This document shows positions 1 to 8,769 of a stretch of DNA of 14,015 nucleotides, piece after piece. The DNA lies in contig NW_021826032.1 of assembly GCF_006345805.1 (NCBI RefSeq), forward strand, positions 1-14,015, read 5' to 3'. The stretch comes from Octopus sinensis (Eukaryota). The position numbers were made by a program, and so were the translations under genes. The notes under the pieces were generated by a model. That model did not search any database and had not been told where the DNA came from. It worked only from the letters and a program-made list of their open reading frames with translations. Within the stretch, counting starts at the first letter, position 1. Each line of letters begins with the position of its first letter.

Positions 1-57
1 AACTTGAAGGCCACATGTTCGGGGCAGAAACCTCTTAACCAGACAGCCTCGCCTGCA
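1..57 (-). mobile_element. Degenerate tRNA-like SINE head fragment
   Basis: CTCTTAACCAGACAGCCTCGCCTGCA resembles the reverse complement of the SINE head seen at 7803 (GGCGCAGGAGTGGCTGTGTGGTAAG). Diverged and cut by the window edge. Confidence 0.3.
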
Positions 58-79
58 TGCAGAGACACACAGACACATA

Positions 80-322
80 CAGGGTGTGAGTGGTCGTTTA
101 AGACACTTATCAGGGTATTACTCACTCAAAAGCAATTAAAAGACTATTTATTTCTTTCAGCTTCCCCATGGCAGATGAAATGCTAATACAAGAAATGGGA
201 AGAGATGCTGGCATCGTTGTTGCCATATGTGCAGAACAGAGCGATTTGGAAATTACCAAACTTTCTAAATGCTGAGAAGACCTTTCGAACGCAAAGTTCA
301 TATGGAACTGGAAACCTCTAAC
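80..322 (+). mobile_element. Tc1/mariner-superfamily 5' stub (left end plus frameshifted transposase N-terminus)
   Basis: Starts TA|CAGGGTG. Piecing frames over ~205-322 gives GIVVAICAEQSDLEITK/FLNAEKT/FERKVHMELETS, resembling HTH N-termini of invertebrate Tc1/mariner transposases (from memory). No right TIR found. Confidence 0.45.
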
Positions 323-395
323 CAACAGTGGTGGGAGACAAACACTAACGCACAATATATATATATATGTATGTATTATGTATGTATATATAAAA

Positions 396-700
396 TGTGA
401 TCACGTGACCGACCAGACCATCAGCTGTTGTTACACATCGCTGGCCACAATGCGCTTCGCATTGTTTTAGCCTTCGAATGACGTCACCCCGCTGGCTAAG
501 CGAGCAGGCCAACAGAAGAAAGAGTGGGAGAAAGTTGTGGTGAAGGAGTACAGCAGGGATCACCACCCCCTGCCGGAGCCTAGTGGAGCTTTTAGGAGTT
601 TTCGCTCAATAAACACTCACAATGTCCGGCCTGGGAATCGAAACCGCGATCCTGTGACCGCGAGTCCGCTGCCCTAACCACTAGGCCATTGCGCCTCCAC
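396..700 (-). mobile_element. tRNA-derived SINE (family D here)
   Basis: Minus strand begins GTGGAGGCGCAATGGCCTAGTGGTTAGG (A box) ... GGTTTCGATTCCC (B box), followed by ~230 nt of non-tRNA body. Embedded in (TA)n. Confidence 0.85.
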
Positions 701-727
701 ATATATATATATACATATATATATGTA

Positions 728-1088
728 CTAGCAGTATCGCCCGGCGTTGCTCAGGTTTGTTTTGACCTTTTAAAATTGGAATTTTTGAAAAGTAAAAATT
801 TTGCATTATGTAGCTTGTTATTCTCTTTTAGTGAACATTTTTCTGGTTGAAATACACCGAAAAATGGCGACACAGCAGTAAAAAAAAATCGTAAAAAATA
901 GGGATTTTCATAGAAAAAAAGCACCTTTTTGGTGTAAATAATTTTTGGTGTTAACATGGTCCGATTTGAATTTTTTCTTCTACGGAATGAAGAGCAAGCC
1001 TTCTTCTATCATACTCTCAATTTTGCTCACTTAGTTGAAGGCTGCCAAACCTGCCATACACAGACAACTTCAGCTTTATAAATAAAGA
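728..1088 (-). mobile_element. Non-autonomous Helitron-like element
   Basis: On the minus strand: 5' A|TC start (TCTTTATTTATAAAGCTGAAGTTGTCTG), subterminal GC-rich imperfect hairpin (CCTGAGCAACGCCGGG, 740-755) and 3' CTAG|T end. Inserted between A and T with no TSD. Confidence 0.7.
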
Positions 1089-1090
1089 TA

Positions 1091-1310
1091 TATAAAACAA
1101 TAATAAAAGTGAAATTCTGTCTGTCTGGGACCCCTGTATCTTAATTTACATTTGCTCTACATAGACATATCTTTTTGGAATCAGGATGGTCCTGGGATTG
1201 AAAACCTACCCTTCATTTGGTTGTGTATATCTATGTCACAAGATACAGATCCAAGTAATCCAGAAGTATTCCTAAAAAAAGGCTTCTTAGAGTTTGTCAT
1301 AGCATAAACC
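1091..1310 (+). mobile_element. Possible Helitron/DINE-like 5' fragment
   Basis: AATAATAAAAGTGAAATTCTGTCTGTCTG start resembles 5' ends of non-autonomous Helitrons. No 3' hairpin or CTAG seen. Confidence 0.25.
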
Positions 1311-1392
1311 ATATAGAGCATGCATGGGAAACCTGTGGCCCATGGGCAACCTGTGGCCCATGGGCCACATGCGGCCCTCGATGAGTTCCTAG

Positions 1393-1492
1393 GTTACTAA
1401 TTTGCATCAAAACCTAAGAGTAGCAACATCTCAAATTCTACCCAATATTGAAAATTTGGTAAAGAATGGGAATAGGCAAAAAATCTCATTGA
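1393..1492 (+). pseudogene. C-terminal remnant of a hAT (Buster/Charlie/GTF2IRD2-like) transposase
   Basis: Translates VTNLHQNLRVATSQILPNIENLVKNGNRQK. Removing one A from the homopolymer at 1478-1483 gives the ending QKSH*, matching the LRVAT...PNI..LV...QxSH* tail typical of this family. Confidence 0.6.
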
Positions 1493-1580
1493 TAGAAATA
1501 ATGAAATTTGTTCTTTAACAAAATATCAATTAGTTTTCTTTTTTTTAACTTCTATTTTGAACTATTTTTTTTCTTTTATT

Positions 1581-2255
1581 CTTTTATTTGTTTCAGTCAT
1601 TTGACTGCGGCCATGCTGGAGCACCACCTTTAGTCGAGCAAATCGACCCCTGGACTTATTCTTTGTAAGCCTAGTACTTATTCTATCGGGGATATAAACA
1701 CACCAGCATAGGTTATCAAATGATGGTGGGGGAACAAACACAGGCACACATACACCCACACCAACACACCATATGTATATATGTATATATATATATATAT
1801 ATATAATATATAATAATATATTATAATATATATATATATATAATATATATATATATAAGACAGGCTTCTTTCAGTTTCTTATTTCTGCATTACCCACTAG
1901 GGGCTAAACAGAGGGGACAAACGAGGACAGACAAACGGATTAAGTCGATTACATCAACCCCAGTGCATAACTGGTACTTAATTATCGACCCCGAAAGGAT
2001 TGGACGCAAAGTTGATCTCGGCGGAATTTGAACACAGAACGTAACGGTAGACGAAATACCACTAAGCATTTTTCGCCCGGTGTTCTAACATTTCTGCCAG
2101 CTTGCCTTCTTTCAGTTTCTCACTACCAAATCCACTCATAAGGATTTGGTTGGCCCGAGGAAGACAACACTTGCCCAAGGTACCACACAGTGGGAATGAA
2201 CCCGGAACCATGTGGTTGGTAAGCAAGCTACTCACCACACAGCCACTCCTGCACC
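1581..2255 (-). mobile_element. tRNA-derived SINE family A (internal deletion, interrupted by SINE-B)
   Basis: Head revcomp CCACACAGCCACTCCTGCACC at the right, tail CTTTTA(T/C)TTGTTTCAGTCATTTGACTGCGGCC at the left. Lacks the TCTCTTTTGCCGAACCGCTAAGTGACG segment of full copies. Internal (TA)n. Confidence 0.9.
1880..2105 (-). mobile_element. tRNA-derived SINE family B nested in SINE-A
   Basis: Minus strand GGCAAGCTGGCAGAAATGTTAG...GTTCAAATTCCGCCGAG (A/B boxes). Flanked by 15-bp direct repeat CTTCTTTCAGTTTCT (1865-1879, 2106-2120). Confidence 0.9.
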
Positions 2256-2510
2256 TATAATTTATTTACACTAGTAATTACCATTATTATCAATAGGAAA
2301 TAACGAAAGAGATGTCAGCTTAATGTAAACTTCCGTACTAAAACAAATAAATTACAAAAAACAGCAAAAAACTCAGTGTGAAGTGGGCAAATAATATTTC
2401 ATGCATGTGGGTTTTATCATGCGGTCCTCTCCCAGTTGGAAATGGTACGATGTGGCCCCAGTTGGCATGAAGTGGCCCATCCCTGATATAGAGTATACGG
2501 TAATCTCTCT

Positions 2511-2724
2511 CTTTTACTTGTTTCGGTCAGTTGAATGCGGCCATGCTGGAGCACCGTCTTTAGTCGAGCAACTCAACCCCGGGACTTATTCTTTGTAAGC
2601 CCAGTACTTATTCTATCAGTATTCTTTTTGCCGAACCGCTAAGTGACAGGGACATAAACACACCAGCATTGGTTGTCAAGCGATGTTGTGGGGACAACAG
2701 ACACACAAACATACATATATATAT
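2511..2724 (-). mobile_element. SINE family A, 3' half
   Basis: Matches the tail half of the full copies at 5900-6312 and 7803-8205; ends at the internal microsatellite. Confidence 0.85.
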
Positions 2725-2770
2725 AACCCATGCTAGCATGGAGAACGGACGTTAAACGATGATGATAATA
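2725..2770 (+). mobile_element. 3' tail of SINE family C
   Basis: AACCCATGCTAGCATGGAGAACGGACGTTAAACGATGATGAT; the same tail occurs at 4875-4920 and 12129-12173. Confidence 0.6.
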
Positions 2771-2872
2771 TGTGTGTGTGTGTGTGTGTGTGTGTATACA
2801 TCACATGCCCACACATATGCATAGCTAATGTACTTCTACATACCTTTATATCTATCTATATATATATATATA

Positions 2873-3510
2873 TGAGCAAAACGCCCCCCATCCAATGGAC
2901 GGTGCTGAGTTGTCAAACATTTAAACCAAATTTTCTCAAAACAATTTGTCCGACCGTCCCATAGGTCTCCCCTTTGAGAAACACTGATTTAACCTAAATT
3001 TGAGACACCAGCAAAAGAAATAAAGATAGATTTTTTTTCTATTCCAAAGAAAAACGATTTTATTCACACAAATATGCAACCGAAGAGTTAAAATACCAGT
3101 AATGATAAGGCTGTTGACTGGGAGAACACAAACATTGTTTAAACAGTAAGCTTGGCAGGAAAGAAACGTGCCTTTAAGCAGTACAAAAACACACAAAAAA
3201 TGGAAGGTGCAGTGATGGACAGGTTGACGGAAGAAAAGCAAGACAAAAAACGATGCATGCAAATGGGTTAGCTGGAGGTAAATCTAGATGGAAAAGCATG
3301 ATGTACTTGCACGTACAAATGCACGTTCCCACGGCTTTATCAATCGCATTCTCACCTGGAATTGATTTTTGTAATTTTTTAAAGATTTATACACGCCCTG
3401 ATACCGTCGGTATCTACATATCAAATTTGAGCGCAATTGGATGGAGGATGCCCGAGATCCTAGAAGACACACAGACAGACAGACAGACAGAATGGATTTT
3501 ATATAATGGA
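2873..3510 (-). mobile_element. Non-autonomous Helitron/DINE-like element
   Basis: Minus-strand 5' A|TCCATTATATAAAATCC followed by a (TCTG)n microsatellite. Hairpin CCATCC-AAT-GGACGG (2888-2902) near the other end. Terminal CTAG appears mutated (plus-strand TGAG). Confidence 0.55.
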
Positions 3511-3760
3511 TATAACCTTCCCCTCGACTTATGACCATAACCCTAACCACAAAAACCTAAATATAGAAACAAATAAAAAATCGATTTTCGGACATTGGAC
3601 AGCTGCACATACGATAGCTATGGCAGCATCTAGCAATGCGGCCCCTCAGACCCGAACATTCACTACCTGGGTCTGAGGAAGGTAATGGACCCTAATGTCA
3701 AATGCTTTGCAAAAGTTGAACATATTCAAGATGCTGTGCATTGTAATCACAAGATATACT

Positions 3761-3936
3761 CTTTTACTTGTTTCAGTCATTTGACTGCGGCCATGCTGGA
3801 GCACCGCCTTTAATCGAGCAAATCGACCCTGGGACTTATTCTTTGTAAGCCCAGTACTTATTCTATCGGGGATATAAACACACCAGCATAGGTTATCAAA
3901 TGATGGTGGGGGAACAAACACAGGCACACATACACC

Positions 3937-3986
<50 letters not shown>

Positions 3987-4407
3987 TATATATATATATA
4001 TATATATAAGACAGGCTTCTTTCAGTTTCTTATTTCTGCATTACCCACTAGGGGCTAAACAGAGGGGACAAACGAGGACAGACAAATGGATTAAGTCGAT
4101 TACATCAACCCCAGTGCATAACTGGTACTTAATTTATCGACCCCGAAAGGATGAGACGCAAAGTTGATCTCGGCGGAATTTGAACACAGAACGTAACGGT
4201 AGACGAAATACCATTAAGCATTTTTCGCCCGGTGTTCTAACATTTCTGCCAGCTTGCCTTCTTTCAGTTTCTCACTACCAAATCCACTCATAAGGATTTG
4301 GTTGGCCCGAGGAAGACAACACTTGCCCAAGGTACCACACAGTGGGAATGAACCCGAAACCATGTGGTTGGTAAGCAAGCTACTCACCACACAGCCACTC
4401 CTGCACC
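3761..4407 (-). mobile_element. SINE family A at the duplication junction (chimeric), interrupted by SINE-B
   Basis: Left ~90 bp shares variants with the 5907 copy; the remainder shares the deletion and nested SINE-B of the 1581 copy. Confidence 0.85.
4031..4257 (-). mobile_element. SINE family B (duplicate of 1880-2105)
   Basis: Same sequence and same 15-bp TSD (4016-4030, 4258-4272). Confidence 0.9.
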
Positions 4408-4635
4408 TATAATTTATTTACACTAGTAATTACCATTATTATCAATAGGAAATAACGAAAGATGTCAGCTTAATGTAAACTTCCGTACTAAAACAAATAA
4501 ATTACAAAAAACAGCAAAAAACTCAGTGTGAAGTGGGCAAGTAATATTTCATGCATGTGGGTTTTATCATGCGGTCCTCTCCCAGTTGGAAATGGTACGA
4601 TGTGGCCCCAGTTGGCATGAAGTGGCCCATCCCTG
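4408..4635 (+). mobile_element. Orphan right end of the hAT element (duplicated)
   Basis: GTGGCCCATCCCTG followed by ATATAGAG (4636-4643); no left end inside the duplicated unit. Confidence 0.85.
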
Positions 4636-4660
4636 ATATAGAGTATACGGTAATCTCTCT

Positions 4661-4874
4661 CTTTTACTTGTTTCGGTCAGTTGAATGCGGCCATGCTGGA
4701 GCACCGTCTTTAGTCGAGCAACTCAACCCCGGGACTTATTCTTTTGTAAGCCCAGTACTTATTCTATCAGTCTCTTTTGCCGAACCGCTAAGTGACAGGG
4801 ACATAAACACACCAGCATTGGTTGTCAAGCGATGTTGTGGGGACAAACAGACACACAAACATACATATATATAT
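4661..4874 (-). mobile_element. SINE family A, 3' half (duplicate of 2511-2724)
   Basis: Collinear duplicate. Confidence 0.85.
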
Positions 4875-5016
4875 AACCCATGCTAGCATGGAGAACGGAC
4901 GTTAAACGATGATGATGATATGTGTGTGTGTGTGTGTATATACATCACATGCCCACACATATGCATAGCTAATGTACTTCTACATACCTTTATATCTATC
5001 TATATATATATATATA

Positions 5017-5647
5017 TGAGCAAAACGCCCCCCATCCAATGGACGGTGCTGAGTTGTCAAACATTTAAACCAAATTTTCTCAAAACAATTTGTCCGACCG
5101 TCCCATAGGTCTCCCCTTTGAGAAACACTGATTTAACCTAAATTTGAGACACCAGCAAAAGAAATAAAGATAGATTTTTTTTCTATTCCAAAGAAAAACG
5201 ATTTTATTCACACAAATATGCAACCGAAGAGTTTAAAATACCAGTAATGATAAGGCTGTTGACTGGGAGAACACAAACATTGTTTAAACAGTAAGCTTGG
5301 CAGGAAAGAAATGTGCCTTTAAGCAGTACAAAAACAACAAAAAATGGAAGGTGCAGTGATGGACAGGTTGACGGAAGAAAAGCAAGACAAAAAACGATGC
5401 ATGCAAATGGGTTAGCTGGAGGTAAATCTAGATGAGAAAAGCATGATGTACTTGCACGTACAAATGCACGTTCCCACGGCTTTATCAATCGCATTCTCAC
5501 CTGGAATTGATTTTTGTAATTTTTTAAAGATTTATACACGCCCTGATACCGTCGGTATCTACATATCAAATTTGAGCGCAATTGGATGGAGGATGCCGGA
5601 GATCCTAGAAGACACACAGACAGACAGAATGGATTTTATATAATGGA
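5017..5647 (-). mobile_element. Helitron/DINE-like element (duplicate of 2873-3510)
   Basis: Collinear duplicate with the same termini. Confidence 0.55.
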
Positions 5648-5899
5648 TATAACCTTCCCCTCGAATTATGACCATAACCCTAACCACAAAAACCTAAATA
5701 TAGAAACAAATAAAAAATCGATTTTCGGACATTGGACAGCTGCACATACGATAGCTATGGCAGCATCTAGCAATGCAGGCCTCCCTCAGACCCAAACATT
5801 CACTACCTGGGTCTGAGGAAGGTAATGGACCCTAATGTCAAATGCTTTGCAAAAGTTGAACTATTCAAGATGCTGTGCATTGTAATCACAAGATATACT

Positions 5900-6312
5900 C
5901 TTTACTCTTTTACTTGTTTCAGTTATTTTGACTGTGGCCATGCTGGAGCACCGCCTTTAGTCGAGCAAATCGACCCCGGGACTTATTCTTTGTAAGCCCA
6001 GTACTTATTCATTCGGTCTCTTTTGCCGAACCGCTAAGTGACGGGGACGTAAACACACCAGCATCAGTTGTCAAGCAATGCTAGGGGGACAAACAGACAC
6101 ACAAACATATACATACACATACATATATATATATATATATACATATATACGACAGGCTTCTTTCAGTTTCCGTCTACCAAATCCACTCACAAGGCATTGG
6201 TCGGCCCGGGGATTAAGCAGAAGACACTTGCCCAAGATGCCACACAGTGGGACTGAACCCGGAACCATGTGGTTGGTTAGCAAGCTACTTACCACACAGC
6301 CACTCCTGCGCC
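5900..6312 (-). mobile_element. Full-length SINE family A
   Basis: Minus strand GGCGCAGGAGTGGCTGTGTGG (A box) ... GGTTCAGTCCC (B box), internal (TA)n/(TG)n, tail ACAAGTAAAAGAGTAAAG. Confidence 0.92.
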
Positions 6313-7011
6313 TATATATAGCAAAAAAATTTTAAAACCATTCAAAATTCACCAAGTTCCTCAAAAAAACCATCTACCTCAATCCAAGAACGTGACTGAA
6401 GATTAAAAATCTATTTTCATTTGCACTTTTCGCACAGGAAGTAGTTTGTTTATTGTATGTATGCAGATTTTCATTTCTATTAATTTTTACATTAATTTTA
6501 GATTGTATTCTTGTTTACAGTACAATAGAGTGTTTTTCACATCATGTACAATAATTATGGATTAAATTTTTGTGTTTTATATTTTTATAATCCATCTGAA
6601 TGAAAATTGTGTTCTAAAATATAAATCTGACATATGACTAGATCGACTTGCCACCTGTCGTCTGTAAGCTGAGGAGGTGTATATATAAGTTACAATATAT
6701 GGATTTAGGTAATCCGGTAGTATTCATAAATAAGTTCCTCTGTCATAGAACAAACCATAAAGAGTGTATAGTAATAGACATGACAAGAGAACAAGGAGAA
6801 TATGAAGATATGACAGAGAAGAATGAAGAATTTTGTTTAGCAATAAACAAGGAATAATCATTAGAAATTGGTTTGGGGACGATAGCAACTAATTTGTAGT
6901 GATTTTTCAATGTTTATTATTAAATAAAATTCATCTTTTTTCCACCATTTATATATATATATAAATCCGTGGGGTGATTATAATCAAAATAAGCAACAAG
7001 AATGACTCCGG

Positions 7012-7104
7012 TAATTTGGTACGATCGTTTCGTACTACACCATTTTATTAAATGTTGTAAGTATTACAACAGTTTTAAAATGCTGAGCACTCATCAGCAA
7101 ATTA
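7012..7104 (-). ncRNA. Type I hammerhead ribozyme motif (P1 left arm)
   Basis: Minus strand: TAATTTG-CTGATGA-GTGCT...AGTAC-GAAA-C-GATC-G-TA-C-CAAATTA. Core intact, G10.1-C11.1 pair, helix II extended with TGTTGTAA/TTACAACA, helix I 7 bp with one bulged C. Confidence 0.8.
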
Positions 7105-7233
7105 TAGAGGCTTTCCATTAATATAAAAATTTTCATATCAAGTGGCAACATTATAGATAAGGTAGATACATAGACAAAGATGTGGATTTAAATTTTAAGA
7201 ACATTTGAAGTAGTGGAGCCCAGAAAACCTCTA

Positions 7234-7326
7234 TAATTTGCTGATGAGTGCTCAGCATTTTAAAACTGTGGTAATACTTACAATATTTAATAAAATGATG
7301 TAGTATGAAACGATCGTACCAAATTA
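7234..7326 (+). ncRNA. Type I hammerhead ribozyme motif (P1 right arm)
   Basis: CTGATGA 7241-7247, GAAA 7307-7310, C-GATC-G-TA 7311-7318. Four substitutions relative to the left arm, including a G-U pair at 10.1-11.1. Confidence 0.7.
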
Positions 7327-7386
7327 CCGGAGTCATTCTTGTTGCTTATTTTGATTATATATACACACACACACGCATATATATAA

Positions 7387-7600
7387 CAGGGTGTGGAAGC
7401 AAAATTTACAATGAACGTTAAGTTGCTTTTTCTCAGCAGTCACTAATTCAATTGTTTTGAAACCTAGCATATATTGATGTCGTAATCATACCTAACACTA
7501 TTATCCTTACCTTTTCTGAAACTGTTGCCCATAAAAGTAATTAGGAAAGCAAACGTCCAAAAGTGTGTGATTTGCTGAATGCACTCGTCACACCAAATAA
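7387..7600 (+). mobile_element. Tc1/mariner-superfamily 5' stub
   Basis: Begins CAGGGTGTGGAAGC. 7545-7595 translates ESKRPKVCDLLNALVTP, resembling N-termini of invertebrate Tc1/mariner transposases (from memory). No right TIR. Confidence 0.5.
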
Positions 7601-7660
7601 TCAGAGAGAGAAAATAGAAAAAGGTTTAGTGGCTAGCGATCTATCATGGCGAATATATTG

Positions 7661-7784
7661 GTTTCAAATTTTGATACAAGGCCAGCTATTTCAGGAACCG
7701 GACTAAATTGATTACATTAATCTCAGTGCATAACTGGTACTTATTTTATTGATCCCCGAAAGAATAGAAGGCAAAGCTGACCTT
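7661..7784 (-). mobile_element. Degenerate SINE family B fragment
   Basis: CAGTGCATAACTGGTACTTATTTTATTGATCCCCGAAAG matches the SINE-B body at 1962-1996. Confidence 0.7.
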
Positions 7785-7802
7785 ATTATATATATATATA
7801 TA

Positions 7803-8205
7803 GGCGCAGGAGTGGCTGTGTGGTAAGTAGCTTGCTAACCAACCACATGGTTCTGGGTTCAGTCCCACTGCGTGGCATCTTGGGCAAGTGTCTTCTGCTA
7901 TAGCCCTGGGCCGACCAATGCCTTGTTAGTGGATTTGGTAGACGGAAACTGAAAGAAGCCTGTCGTATATATATATATATATGTATGTGTGTGCATTTGT
8001 GTGTCTGTGTTTGTCCCCCCTAGCATTGCTTGACAACCGATGCTGGTGTGTTTACGTCCCCTTAACTTAGCAGTTCGGCAAAAAGATACCGATAGAATGA
8101 GTACTGGGCTTACAAAGAATAAGTCCCGGGGTCGATTTGCTCGACTAAAGGCGGTGCTCCAGCATGGCTGCAGTCAAAATGACTGAAACAAGTAAAAGAA
8201 AAAGA
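7803..8205 (+). mobile_element. Full-length SINE family A
   Basis: GGCGCAGGAGTGGCTGTGTGG...GGTTCAGTCCC head, internal microsatellite, tail GACTGAAACAAGTAAAAGA. Confidence 0.92.
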
Positions 8206-8208
8206 AAC

Positions 8209-8430
8209 TATATAAAGTTAATCCAAACATGAAAACACAAAGAGAAAACACAACGCATGGACGTGGAACAAGTATGGTGTTATTGGATGCTCAGGAAAGG
8301 AAAGAAAGAGGGAGGATTTAACGTTTCAAGCGGAGCTCTTCGTCAGAAACATAGGAAAAAATAAAAGTCCAAAGAAGGGAAGACGGAGAAAGAAAATCAC
8401 CAACGATATACACGCGGTCACATATTGAAA
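8209..8430 (-). mobile_element. Penelope-like pLTR fragment (element P2, different family)
   Basis: Pyrimidine-rich minus strand containing CTGACGAAGAGCTCCGCTTGAAACGTT, a motif typical of PLE pLTR hammerheads. Flanked by TATATA on both sides. Confidence 0.55.
8316..8350 (-). ncRNA. Minimal hammerhead ribozyme-like motif
   Basis: GTTT-CTGACGA-A-GAGC-TCC-GCTT-GAAA-C-G-T-T-AAAT. Helix I GTTT/AAAT, helix II 4 bp, loopless palindromic ACGT helix III, GUU cleavage triplet. Confidence 0.55.
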
Positions 8431-8520
8431 GATATATATATGTATATACAGTTTGTTTTTATGTTATAGTAAAAACAATTTTACATAAAATTGAAGGATT
8501 ACTCAATACATTTGGTAGAG

Positions 8521-8587
8521 TATATATATATATGTATATATATAATATATATGTATATTATATATATATATATATATATAATATATG

Positions 8588-8630
<43 letters not shown>

Positions 8631-8678
8631 TATAATGTATATATATATATATGTATATATATATATAATATATATATG

Positions 8679-8712
<34 letters not shown>

Positions 8713-8715
8713 TAT
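8521..8715. repeat. Long interrupted (TA)n microsatellite
   Basis: ~195 bp of TA with occasional G or AA interruptions. Confidence 0.97.
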
Positions 8716-8769
8716 GTTTTACTTTACTGAAATGAAATGAAATGAAATATATATATATATATATATATA

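Larger units (their letters stand above)
1319..2485 (+). mobile_element. Non-autonomous hAT (Buster/Charlie-type) deletion derivative containing nested SINEs
   Basis: Perfect 8-bp TSD ATATAGAG at 1311-1318 and 2486-2493 with central TA (Buster-type). Imperfect TIRs CATGCATGGGAAAC / revcomp CAGGGATGGGCCAC (10/14). Subterminal GTGGCCC/GCGGCCC motifs at both ends. Confidence 0.85.
1581..5906. repeat. Direct tandem duplication, two ~2.15-2.18 kb units (1581-3760 and 3761-5906)
   Basis: Collinear near-identity throughout (roughly 98-99% by eye outside microsatellites). Both units end CACAAGATATACT and are followed by a SINE-A tail. Confidence 0.95.
6969..7359. mobile_element. Penelope-like pLTR remnant, inverted-repeat form (element P1)
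   Basis: 137-bp inverted arms 6979-7115 and 7223-7359 with 5 mismatches, a 107-bp spacer and a one-sided extension GTGGGGTGAT. Both arms contain a hammerhead. PLE assignment is inferred from this architecture. Confidence 0.7.

Noticed and set aside
620-700. tRNA genes at SINE heads (also 6240-6312, 7803-7870, 2030-2105)
   Set aside because: A/B boxes are present but there is no full cloverleaf, and each continues into a multi-copy SINE body.
2401-2598. ORFs such as MHVGFIMRSS... (also 4551-4886), MGVCVPVFVP..., MLGGQTDTQ..., MSSNARGTN...
   Set aside because: They cross hAT/SINE/microsatellite boundaries and recur only because the repeats recur; no domain features.
6648-6857. 69-aa ORF in the largest non-repeat stretch, with a downstream AATAAA near 6922
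   Set aside because: Starts at TTG, has no recognisable homology and no convincing splice pair. A small exon cannot be excluded without RNA-seq or TBLASTN.
8491-8730. 79-aa Ile/Tyr-rich ORF
   Set aside because: Translation of the (TA)n microsatellite.
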